This document shows, one piece after another, positions 7,341-15,233 of a stretch of DNA of 45,661 nucleotides. The stretch spans positions 1 through 45,661 of the forward strand of contig JBAZSS010000003.1 of NCBI GenBank assembly GCA_041662285.1. Reading direction: 5' to 3'. The notes under the pieces were generated by a model, which was given only the letters and a program-made list of their open reading frames with translations, had not been told where the DNA came from and did no database searches. A program made the position numbers and the translations under genes. Source of the DNA: Parcubacteria group bacterium (GTDB lineage: Bacteria; Patescibacteriota; Minisyncoccia; Moranbacterales; UBA2206). How positions within the stretch are numbered: the first letter of the stretch is position 1; each line of letters starts with the position of its first letter.

Positions 7341-8661
7341 ATCTAAAAAAATAATACTGCTGGAAAAAACCTTGCGTGTCATGGCGATTTTAATTTTGAA
7401 AAAATATAAACCGCGCGTCATTGGCATCACTGGCTCAGTCGGCAAAACTTCTTCCAAGGAAGCGATTTATGCAGTGCTCTCTAATCATTTCCGTGTGAGA
7501 AAAACTGAAAAAAATTATAACAACGAAATTGGTTTGCCTCTCACGATAATTGGCACCGAGAGTGGTGAAAGATCTTTTTGGAAATGGTTGGGGATATCTT
7601 TCAAGTGGTTGGCTTTTATCATTTTTCCTTTGAAATATCCGGAAATTTTGATTTTAGAAATGGGCGCTGATCGACCCGGCGACATCGGGTATCTAACCAG
7701 CTTTATCTCGTGTGAAGCTTCGGTTATCACGGAAATTTCTGGCAGTCATTTGGAATATTTCAAAACTATTGACAAAATTGCCAATGAGAAATGGACGCTG
7801 GTGGATAATTTAGTGGCCAAAGGTTTTGCAGCGATAAATCTCGACAATCCAAAACTCAAAAAATTAACAAATCAAAACAAGAGAGCGGATATAACTTTTT
7901 TGACGTTTGGTTTTTCGCCGGAGGCGGATATCCAAGCAACAGATGTGTTATATAACTATTCCAACGGAGAATTTAGCGACGCCAAAGAAATCAAAGGTCT
8001 TTCTTTTAAGCTTAATTATAAGGGCACGAGCATTCCAGTGCGACTCAACAATATTTTGGCCAAGCATAATATTTATGCGGCGCTTAGCGCCATTGCCATT
8101 GGACTGGCGTTTAAACTTAATTTAGTAGAAATTGCGGGAGCATTGGAAAATTTTTCTATGCCAACTGGCCGAATGAATTTGATTTCTGGCATAAAAAACA
8201 CTTCTATTATCGATGACACCTATAATTCTTCGCCGATTTCGGCTATTTCCGCGCTGGATGTTTTGAAAAATATTAATGCCCCCAGAAAAATTACTGTACT
8301 CGGAGATATGCTAGAGCTTGGCGCAGAAATGGAATCGGGGCACAAAGATGTGGCCAAGAAATTTTTGGAAATTAAAAATGGAATATTTTTTGCAGTCGGG
8401 GAAAGAATGCAATTCGCCGTCGAGGAACTCAAAAAACACAATATTAACCAGAATAGACTGTTTGTTTTTTCCGATCCAATGAGCGCTGGGAAAAAATTGA
8501 AAGAAATAATCGAGTCGGGGGATTTGATTTTGGTCAAAGGTTCGCAAGGGATGCGGATGGAAAAAGTGGTAGAAGAAATTATGGCCGAACCGCAAAAATC
8601 CGACGAACTTCTTTGTCGACAAAGTGAAGTTTGGAAAAGAATTCCGTGGAAGAAAATTTAA
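7303..8661 (+). CDS. murF: Mur ligase, probable UDP-MurNAc-pentapeptide synthetase MurF (short N-terminus)
   Basis: GITGSVGKTSSKE P-loop, NYNNEIGLPLT, DDTYNSSP and LGDMLELG motifs. The start is uncertain: 7303, 7321 and 7381 are all in frame. Confidence 0.75.
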   Translation: MKKKKKMNKQNHKSKKIILLEKTLRVMAILILKKYKPRVIGITGSVGKTSSKEAIYAVLSNHFRVRKTEKNYNNEIGLPLTIIGTESGERSFWKWLGISFKWLAFIIFPLKYPEILILEMGADRPGDIGYLTSFISCEASVITEISGSHLEYFKTIDKIANEKWTLVDNLVAKGFAAINLDNPKLKKLTNQNKRADITFLTFGFSPEADIQATDVLYNYSNGEFSDAKEIKGLSFKLNYKGTSIPVRLNNILAKHNIYAALSAIAIGLAFKLNLVEIAGALENFSMPTGRMNLISGIKNTSIIDDTYNSSPISAISALDVLKNINAPRKITVLGDMLELGAEMESGHKDVAKKFLEIKNGIFFAVGERMQFAVEELKKHNINQNRLFVFSDPMSAGKKLKEIIESGDLILVKGSQGMRMEKVVEEIMAEPQKSDELLCRQSEVWKRIPWKKI

Positions 8662-8730
8662 TTTAGAAAAAAATTTGGTGTGGAGTAAGAATTTCGGATT
8701 AGATGGGGGAGGCAATCCGAAAAAAGAAAA

Positions 8731-8766
8731 AACTCCGAGGTTCGCGCCTCGGAGTTTTGAGTTTTT
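8731..8766 (+). terminator. Rho-independent terminator after murF
   Basis: Perfect 10-bp stem AACTCCGAGG (8731-8740) / CCTCGGAGTT (8747-8756), followed by a T-rich tail. Confidence 0.8.
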
Positions 8767-8793
8767 GACCGCGAGGCATATTTAAAGTAGAAT
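8765..8793 (+). promoter_or_regulatory. Promoter TTGACC-17 nt-TAGAAT, with the ATG only 6 nt after the -10 (predicted leaderless mRNA)
   Basis: The -35 is at 8765-8770, the -10 at 8788-8793 and the ATG at 8800. Confidence 0.55.
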
Positions 8794-8799
8794 TGAAAT

Positions 8800-9303
8800 A
8801 TGAAAATATCAATCGACATTGAATTTGAAAAAGCGGTGAGGATATTGGCGAAATATTTGCCGATGTCCGAAGAAAATTCGCGAAAGCCGATTCTTTTTCA
8901 TGATATTCGTGTTGGCGTTTATCTTTATGAAAATAATTATTCGCGCGAAATTATTTTGGCGGGAGTTTTGCATGACGCTTTGGAATTTAGTGAAATTACG
9001 CAGGATTTATTCAAAAAAGAATTTGGCGAAGAGGTTTTGAAATTAATCAAAGCGAATTCAAAAGATCGAACAATTAAAGATTCAGATGAAAGAATTGAGG
9101 AATTGATAAAAAGATGTGCCGAAACGGGAGAGGAAGCGCTAATTGTGAAAACAGCTGACACACTAGATAGTTTCAAACACTACACTGCTACCAAAAATCA
9201 ATCCGAACTTGAATATTGTCGAAAAACAATCTCGGCGATTTTCAAATATAAACCAGAAAGTTTCAAAGATCCGATTTTTGAAAAATTAAAATTACTTGAC
9301 TAG
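8800..9303 (+). CDS. HD-domain protein, SpoT/Mesh1-like (p)ppGpp hydrolase fold (small alarmone hydrolase candidate)
   Basis: LFHDIRVGVYL ... AGVLHDALEFSE ... VKTADTLDS follows the HD_4 pattern H..HD..E..(K)xAD. Length 167 aa. Confidence 0.6.
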   Translation: MKISIDIEFEKAVRILAKYLPMSEENSRKPILFHDIRVGVYLYENNYSREIILAGVLHDALEFSEITQDLFKKEFGEEVLKLIKANSKDRTIKDSDERIEELIKRCAETGEEALIVKTADTLDSFKHYTATKNQSELEYCRKTISAIFKYKPESFKDPIFEKLKLLD

Positions 9304-9418
9304 TGCTAGCGGTCCTTGCTAGGCTTAATTTAGAAGGAGGTAGGGAGGATTTGTTCTTATTGATCTTAATGAAAAGTGAAATTCCATTTTTTTCAACATT
9401 TAATCAGGGAGGATTTTT

Positions 9419-9787
9419 ATGGCGAAAAAAGGAGTTCGAAATTTTCCAAGAAAAACGAGCAAGCAACCTCCGAGCTGGAGAGTTGTGATCAATGTTTTGG
9501 GAAACGGCAATGGCTTTAAGGGTTTTAGCCACATTATTCCTTTTAAAGCTTTTAATGGAGGAGAAGCTCAAGGGAAAGCTTTGCCCAAAATTCAACATTT
9601 TCTGGAAGTATCTCTTTGGGATGTCCATGGAAGTCCCAAGGTGGATCTATTACTTGAGAAAATTCCAATAAACGGGAAAAGTAATGGCGGTGTTCCTTCC
9701 TATATCTCAAGAAAAAACAGATCGTATTTCCAGGGCATTATGAGAGTTAAGCGTCCCTCTCAACTTTTTGAAGTGGCGAATGCGTAA
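9419..9787 (+). CDS. Hypothetical protein (122 aa)
   Basis: GGGAGG lies 7 nt upstream of the ATG. A hairpin spans the stop codon. I recognise no family. Confidence 0.45.
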   Translation: MAKKGVRNFPRKTSKQPPSWRVVINVLGNGNGFKGFSHIIPFKAFNGGEAQGKALPKIQHFLEVSLWDVHGSPKVDLLLEKIPINGKSNGGVPSYISRKNRSYFQGIMRVKRPSQLFEVANA

Positions 9788-9808
9788 AATCGCCACTGAA
9801 AGTCTCAT

Positions 9809-9852
9809 AAAAATCCCGAAAGCATTTTATTGCTGACGGGATTTTTGCTTTT
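9809..9852 (+). terminator. Probable terminator
   Basis: Stem AAAATCCCG (9810-9818) / CGGGATTTT (9837-9845), followed by TGCTTTTT. Confidence 0.5.
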
Positions 9853-9880
9853 TGACCTTAGTGTGTATTTAAAGTAGAAT
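9852..9880 (+). promoter_or_regulatory. Promoter TTGACC-17 nt-TAGAAT, with the ATG 6 nt after the -10 (predicted leaderless mRNA)
   Basis: The -35 is at 9852-9857, the -10 at 9875-9880 and the ATG at 9887. It shares the 16-nt TATTTAAAGTAGAATT with the 8765 promoter. Confidence 0.55.
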
Positions 9881-9886
9881 TAGGAT

Positions 9887-10453
9887 ATGGAAATAACATC
9901 AATTCAATTTGTCAAAGGAATCATTGGACCGGACAGAGCTTTGGAAAATAGTTTTCCGCAGGTGGCTTTTATAGGTCGTTCGAATGTGGGAAAATCGAGC
10001 GTGATTAATTCACTGACAAAACAAAAAAAACTAGCTCGAACTAGCGCGAATCCTGGGCGCACACAACAGATAAATTTATTTTTGATCAACAACGCTTTCT
10101 ATTTGTTGGATTTACCAGGATATGGCTATGCTAAAACTTCCAGAGAAAATCAAGTGGAACTCAAAAAAATAATTCGGGGCTATTTGTTCGAATCGACATA
10201 TAAACAAAAAAAAGTAGTGCTCATTATAGACGCCAGCGTGGGTCCCAAAGAAATTGATTTGGAAATGCTGGAACTTCTCAAAAAGAACAAGAAAAATGTG
10301 GTGGTTTTGGCTAATAAGGTGGATAAAATAAAACCTTCGCTTTATAAAAAACAATTTGAATACATTCAAGAAAAGATTGGTCCGCATCTGATTATTCCCT
10401 ATAGTGCCAAAAAAGATATCGGCCGTAAGGAATTGCTTCGAGAAATTTCATAA
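9887..10453 (+). CDS. engB: Ribosome biogenesis GTPase YsxC/EngB
   Basis: AFIGRSNVGKSSVINSL (G1), DLPGYGYA (G3) and NKVDK (G4) motifs. Length 188 aa. Confidence 0.9.
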   Translation: MEITSIQFVKGIIGPDRALENSFPQVAFIGRSNVGKSSVINSLTKQKKLARTSANPGRTQQINLFLINNAFYLLDLPGYGYAKTSRENQVELKKIIRGYLFESTYKQKKVVLIIDASVGPKEIDLEMLELLKKNKKNVVVLANKVDKIKPSLYKKQFEYIQEKIGPHLIIPYSAKKDIGRKELLREIS

Positions 10454-10480
10454 ACTGCCATTTGGCAGTTTATGATTTTT
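10452..10480 (+). terminator. Terminator overlapping the engB stop codon
   Basis: AAACTGCC (10452-10459) / GGCAGTTT (10464-10471), followed by a T-rich tail. Confidence 0.65.
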
Positions 10481-10526
10481 GAGAATTATGTTATTATAAA
10501 AAAGTAAAAAAATAAAAATAAAAAAT

Positions 10527-13500
10527 ATGCAAAAAAACAAAATATTCAAAAAAACATCCTCGCTGTTTTTTTTCTTGGCTATGATAATAATGTCTTTTGG
10601 TATATACCATTTGACAACAGCGGATGAATTTGATGAGGAAGAATATGACGAATGTGAAGAAAGTGATTGTGTTTGGGAAATTAGAGATGACGCAGTGCTG
10701 GAAAAAGGTGTCACGGTGCTCAATAAGTCAGTACGGATATATGAAGGAGGAACGCTCACTATAAAACCAGGCGCCAAAATTGAATTTGCAGATAGTTGCT
10801 GGGGCGAAAGCACGCAAATTTTTGTTTTGGGCGGTCGCATTGTTGCCAATGGAACAAAAGAAAATCCCATATATATTTCAAGACAAGGATATAATCATAT
10901 GAACACTTTGCTGTATTTTGCCAATGATATTTATGACGAAGATGGCAGAGTTTCTACACCCGAATCAACTTTTAGTTATGTGAAAATTTCTGGCGGAGGA
11001 ACGAGTCCCTATGACGGAGGCGGATGTATCGATGGTATTTGTCCAGCTTTTCAAAATATTTTTCGTTCTTTTGTGAATACTGCCTATGCGGATGATTATG
11101 GAGAACCGGCTCTTGGTTTCAAAGGCGGAAAATTACGCTTGGAAAATTGTCAATTTTCTGACAACTATGGACTGGATGTCAAAGTTGATTTGAGAGTAGA
11201 AAATGAAAATCAAGATGATAGTTTGAGAATCATCAATTCGAATTTTGAAAATAATATTAATAATATAGCTGTCGTTTCCGATATCCATGGTTCGCAGATA
11301 AATTCCAATCCCAATCTTTTGGATATGCTTGTTTTGCAAAATAATTGGTACGGCAGTCCAAGTGGTCCAAAGCTAAGTCCTTATGATGATAGAGAAGGAG
11401 AATTTTTAATCGGAGCTTCTGCTGTGGGAGGATTTAGTTCGACTCGCTGGGCACTGTTTCCCGATGGCAATGCTAATGTTTTGTTTTTACCAGGGATAAA
11501 AGCTAGCTATTTGTATAAATACGGATCTTCGGGAGAAGATCAGTTGTGGCCACCAAATTATTTCGGAGATGATGTGTCGGAATTGGCTTTGGATGAAAAT
11601 GGAGAAAGCCTTGAGGATGTTTATGCAAAAGATATCATTGAACAGCTTCCATTTATCGGGAAAAATATCTATAAATCTTTTGCAGAAAAACTGGCGGAGC
11701 TCAAAGAAAATCGAGATATTAATGACTACAGTCTTTTCGCCTATGACTGGCGAAGAAATGTGGAAAACATTGAAGTGATAGGAGAAATTGAAAGACTTGC
11801 CATAAACTCCCAAAACAAAAAAGTGACAATCATTGCCCATTCAAACGGCGGACTGCTGGCGAAAGATGCGATGCGAAAATTAGAAGAGATGGGAAGAGCG
11901 GATATAATAGACAAAATTATTTTCGTGGGCACACCGCAGATGGGGACTCCGCGAGCTATTCTTTCTCTGCTATATGGTTATGATGAAGATTTGGCGCTTG
12001 GTTCTCTTATGAGTCGTGCAGAAGCAAGAAAATTAGTGGAAAATATGCCGGGAGCTTATGGGCTTTTGCCATCAGAAGAATATCTCAATCGCCTAGAAGA
12101 ACCACTCATTGATTTTTTTTCTGGAGAAAGCATTGGAAAAGGGGACTTCGAAAAGTTTCAGAATTTTTTGACTGGCAAAATTGATGGACGAGAAAAGCCC
12201 GATGAGGATGAGGTGGAAAAGGAAAATATTTTGCGGGAAAATCTTTTAGATCAAGCTAGTCTCACTCACGAAAATTTGGATGAGTGGGAACCGCCGGAAA
12301 ATGTGAAAGCGATTCAAATTGCTGGGTGGGGATTGGATACTATAAGCGGAATCAAATATTCCCAGAAAGAAAAGGTTAATTGCTATTCGGCCGATGGGAA
12401 ACTGCCTTCTTGCGCTGGATCAGGCGAATATGAGCCAATTTATGAACCAAAATGGACGGTCGATGGAGACGAAGTAGTGACCGCTCCTAGTGCGCTGATG
12501 ATACCGGAAAAGGATAATAGTGTGGAGAAGTATTGGGTGGATTTGTGGTCTTATGATGATATTTTAACGACAGGGAGAAATCACGGAGATATTTTTGAAG
12601 TTTCTGATTTACAAGAATTTCTTGATAATATAATTAAAAATAAATATCAAAGCGAAGAATTGCCTGAAAATATTAAAAGATATCATCCTAATCCAGAAGA
12701 TTATAACGATGCCCAGCCGAGGATCCGAATGTCCCTCTATTCACCGCTCGACATTCATCTTTATGATGAAAGCAACAATCATACCGGACCAAAAGAAATT
12801 ACGGATGAAAATGGCAACAAAAAAATAATTTTTGAAGAAGAAATTCCTAATAGTTATTACCAGCAATTTGGTGAGCGAAAATATGTCGGTTTTTCCGAGG
12901 GAGAAAAAATTCGAATTGAACTCGAAGGATATGCTGATGGAGCTTATACTCTCAAATTGGAAGAAGTCGCTTTTGCCGAAGCGGGTGAAGAAATTATTTC
13001 GCATACCTCCTTTGTCAATCTGCCGGCTTCAAAAGATACTAGTGCTAAGTTGGAAATTTCTGAAGCGGGACTAGCCAACCTTTCGGAACTTCAGGTTGAT
13101 TTTGACGGGGATGAACAAGTTGATTATTCAGTAATACCTGTGCCTAATGGCGAAGCGACGCTAAGCAGTGACGAAATTTTGCCAGAAATCATAATCTCCA
13201 GCCCACAAAACAAAACCTATCCAGGAGATACAAATTTGGAAATTGTTTTTTCAGTAAGTGATAATATTTCTCAGCCCGAAAACATTCCAACTGAAACATA
13301 TCTAGACAATGAAAAAATTTCTACCAGAACTATTGATCTTTCAAAACTTATCCCAGGAAAACACACCCTCAAAATATCAGCTATGGATGAAGCAAACAAC
13401 AAAGTCGAAAAAGAAGTGGAATTTTCAGTGACAATGAATCTCAATATTTTCCAAAACAATGTAGAAAGATATTATCAATCAGGGCTAATCAAAACCAAAG

Positions 13501-13748
13501 CAGAAAAAAACAAATTGCTAGCCGAAACTAACTTGATTCAAAATGAATTAAGACTTTTGGCAATAATAAAACACAATCCTTTCTTGAATAAAAAAACAAG
13601 GAATTTATTGATAACTCTTATTAAGAATGAGATAGATCGACAGTTTGATTCTATGATCAAAAGAATTGGCCGAGACAAAAAGAATTATGACTTGGCAACA
13701 AAAAATATTATTATCGAGGATTTAAAATGGATAAAAAATAATTTGTAA
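10527..13748 (+). CDS. Large secreted/anchored multidomain protein with an LCAT-like (alpha/beta hydrolase) lipase/acyltransferase domain
   Basis: N-terminal hydrophobic anchor, an acidic linker and a beta-helix-like region. It carries a YDWR motif (LFAYDWRRN) and the nucleophile elbow IIAHSNGG, as in the LCAT/PF02450 family. The C-terminus has Ig-like and helical regions. Confidence 0.75.
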   Translation: MQKNKIFKKTSSLFFFLAMIIMSFGIYHLTTADEFDEEEYDECEESDCVWEIRDDAVLEKGVTVLNKSVRIYEGGTLTIKPGAKIEFADSCWGESTQIFVLGGRIVANGTKENPIYISRQGYNHMNTLLYFANDIYDEDGRVSTPESTFSYVKISGGGTSPYDGGGCIDGICPAFQNIFRSFVNTAYADDYGEPALGFKGGKLRLENCQFSDNYGLDVKVDLRVENENQDDSLRIINSNFENNINNIAVVSDIHGSQINSNPNLLDMLVLQNNWYGSPSGPKLSPYDDREGEFLIGASAVGGFSSTRWALFPDGNANVLFLPGIKASYLYKYGSSGEDQLWPPNYFGDDVSELALDENGESLEDVYAKDIIEQLPFIGKNIYKSFAEKLAELKENRDINDYSLFAYDWRRNVENIEVIGEIERLAINSQNKKVTIIAHSNGGLLAKDAMRKLEEMGRADIIDKIIFVGTPQMGTPRAILSLLYGYDEDLALGSLMSRAEARKLVENMPGAYGLLPSEEYLNRLEEPLIDFFSGESIGKGDFEKFQNFLTGKIDGREKPDEDEVEKENILRENLLDQASLTHENLDEWEPPENVKAIQIAGWGLDTISGIKYSQKEKVNCYSADGKLPSCAGSGEYEPIYEPKWTVDGDEVVTAPSALMIPEKDNSVEKYWVDLWSYDDILTTGRNHGDIFEVSDLQEFLDNIIKNKYQSEELPENIKRYHPNPEDYNDAQPRIRMSLYSPLDIHLYDESNNHTGPKEITDENGNKKIIFEEEIPNSYYQQFGERKYVGFSEGEKIRIELEGYADGAYTLKLEEVAFAEAGEEIISHTSFVNLPASKDTSAKLEISEAGLANLSELQVDFDGDEQVDYSVIPVPNGEATLSSDEILPEIIISSPQNKTYPGDTNLEIVFSVSDNISQPENIPTETYLDNEKISTRTIDLSKLIPGKHTLKISAMDEANNKVEKEVEFSVTMNLNIFQNNVERYYQSGLIKTKAEKNKLLAETNLIQNELRLLAIIKHNPFLNKKTRNLLITLIKNEIDRQFDSMIKRIGRDKKNYDLATKNIIIEDLKWIKNNL

Positions 13749-13767
13749 TAAAAATTAAGAAAAAAAT

Positions 13768-14190
13768 ATGAGTAAAAAAACTTATTGGTGGAGAGTGATA
13801 ACGGTGTTACTATTTTTAACGGGAACTTTTATTGGGTATATACTTTTTTATCCATATCAGGTCGGAATTTGTAATTCCTTAGGTAGGGGTTGTGTTTTTA
13901 GTGCTCTTAAGAGAACTATTGCCGAGCCACTTTTTCTTTTCTCCGCATTTTCTTCTATTGTCTCCATCTTCCTTTTCTTCATCAACGATAAAATTTTCCT
14001 CAAATGGCTTCGGTTTGCCGGAGTTTGGATTGTTCTTTCTATTTTTGCCATTGCTATAACTCCAAGTCATTCTGGAGGAATATTGTCTTTTGGTGGTCCC
14101 AGCAAAGAAGACGTTTCTATCTGGATGGGTGCACTTTTTGTCATTTTGAGTCTGGCAAAAATTGTATGGGATTCGAGAAAAAAAGATTGA
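13768..14190 (+). CDS. Hypothetical integral membrane protein (4 predicted TM helices)
   Basis: Hydrophobic segments run through the whole 140 aa. It is tightly spaced after the upstream gene. Confidence 0.55.
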   Translation: MSKKTYWWRVITVLLFLTGTFIGYILFYPYQVGICNSLGRGCVFSALKRTIAEPLFLFSAFSSIVSIFLFFINDKIFLKWLRFAGVWIVLSIFAIAITPSHSGGILSFGGPSKEDVSIWMGALFVILSLAKIVWDSRKKD

Positions 14191-14210
14191 AATATTCAAA
14201 CAAATGTCAA

Positions 14211-14250
14211 AAATCAAGAAACTGCTATACTAGCGGTTTTTTGATTTATT
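14211..14250 (+). terminator. Rho-independent terminator
   Basis: 17-bp stem (two G:U pairs) AAATCAAGAAACTGCTA (14211-14227) / TAGCGGTTTTTTGATTT (14231-14247). Confidence 0.65.
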
Positions 14251-14301
14251 AGAGGAAAAGAGGTAGAATATAGATAGTCAAAGGGTTGGCCAGGGATAAA
14301 G

Positions 14302-14310
14302 TTATCCACA
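14302..14310 (+). promoter_or_regulatory. Perfect consensus DnaA box TTATCCACA
   Basis: Exact 9-mer, 9 nt upstream of the -35 of the R-M promoter. Confidence 0.3.
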
Positions 14311-14319
14311 GCGGAGGAG

Positions 14320-14347
14320 TTGCCAAAATTTTGCAGAGTGATATAAT
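14320..14347 (+). promoter_or_regulatory. Promoter TTGCCA-16 nt-TGATATAAT (extended -10) for the R-M operon
   Basis: The -35 is at 14320-14325. The TG is at 14339-14340 and TATAAT at 14342-14347. Confidence 0.5.
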
Positions 14348-14383
14348 ATCATTGTAATAAATATAAATTTATAAAATAAAACT

Positions 14384-15232
14384 ATGGAAACAAATTTACT
14401 TATTGCTATTGCAAATTTAGTTAAAAATCCAATTACAAATTTAGTTTCTCATTATAGTGCCACCAATCGGGCTAACCATATGGGCGACGCTTTAGAATTT
14501 TATATCAAAGATTTATTTTGCAACTCGCTAGATGAAAACAATCTTGAAAAGAAAAATGAAATTTACAGTAAATATTTTTCCTATATCGGAAATCAAAATA
14601 ATCCACCAGATATTATTATCAAACAAGGCGACGCAATAGAGGTAAAAAAGATTGAAAGTTTGCGTTCGGGAATTGCGCTTAACAGCTCTTATCCAAAAGA
14701 TAAGTTGTATTATGATAGTCCGATGATAACTACGGCTTGCAGAAATTGTGAAGATTGGAGAGAAAAAGATTTGGTGTATATTGTTGGCGTTTCAAAAGAC
14801 GATAAATTAAAAGCGTTATGGCTTGTTTATGGCAATTGCTATTCAGCAAGTAAAGAAGTGTATGAGAGAGTAAGAGATAAAATTTCAAAAGGCGTCAATG
14901 AATTGCAAGACGTTGAATTTTCAGAAACCAATGAGCTTGGCAGGGTCAACAGAGTTGATCCGTTAGGGATAACTTATTTGCGTATTCGTGGAATGTGGGG
15001 CATTGAAAATCCTATCAAGGTTTTTGATTATGTTGTTTCGACAGAGCAAAATTCTGAATTTTTTGTTAATGCAATTTTGCTGAAAGAAAAATATTTGTCC
15101 TTTCCAGAAAAAGACAGAAAAAATCTTGAGAATTTAGTTGGTGCTAATTTTTCAATAAAAGATATAAAAATAAAATCGCCAAACAACCCAGCAAAACTGC
15201 TGGAAGCGAAGTTATTGAGTTTTAGAAAATAA
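14384..15232 (+). CDS. Type II restriction endonuclease candidate (PD-(D/E)XK; partner of the GGCC-type methyltransferase; NgoPII/HaeIII-like by size and context)
   Basis: PPDIIIKQGDAIEVKK fits PD...(D/E)xK. Its stop is 1 nt before the m5C methyltransferase start. Length 282 aa. Confidence 0.6.
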   Translation: METNLLIAIANLVKNPITNLVSHYSATNRANHMGDALEFYIKDLFCNSLDENNLEKKNEIYSKYFSYIGNQNNPPDIIIKQGDAIEVKKIESLRSGIALNSSYPKDKLYYDSPMITTACRNCEDWREKDLVYIVGVSKDDKLKALWLVYGNCYSASKEVYERVRDKISKGVNELQDVEFSETNELGRVNRVDPLGITYLRIRGMWGIENPIKVFDYVVSTEQNSEFFVNAILLKEKYLSFPEKDRKNLENLVGANFSIKDIKIKSPNNPAKLLEAKLLSFRK

Positions 15233-15233
15233 T

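Noticed and set aside
9303-9488. 61-aa ORF upstream of and overlapping the 9419 gene
   Set aside because: It has a non-ATG start and overlaps the better-supported 9419-9787 ORF, which has a proper GGGAGG site. The region looks like a leader with two SD-like purine tracts.
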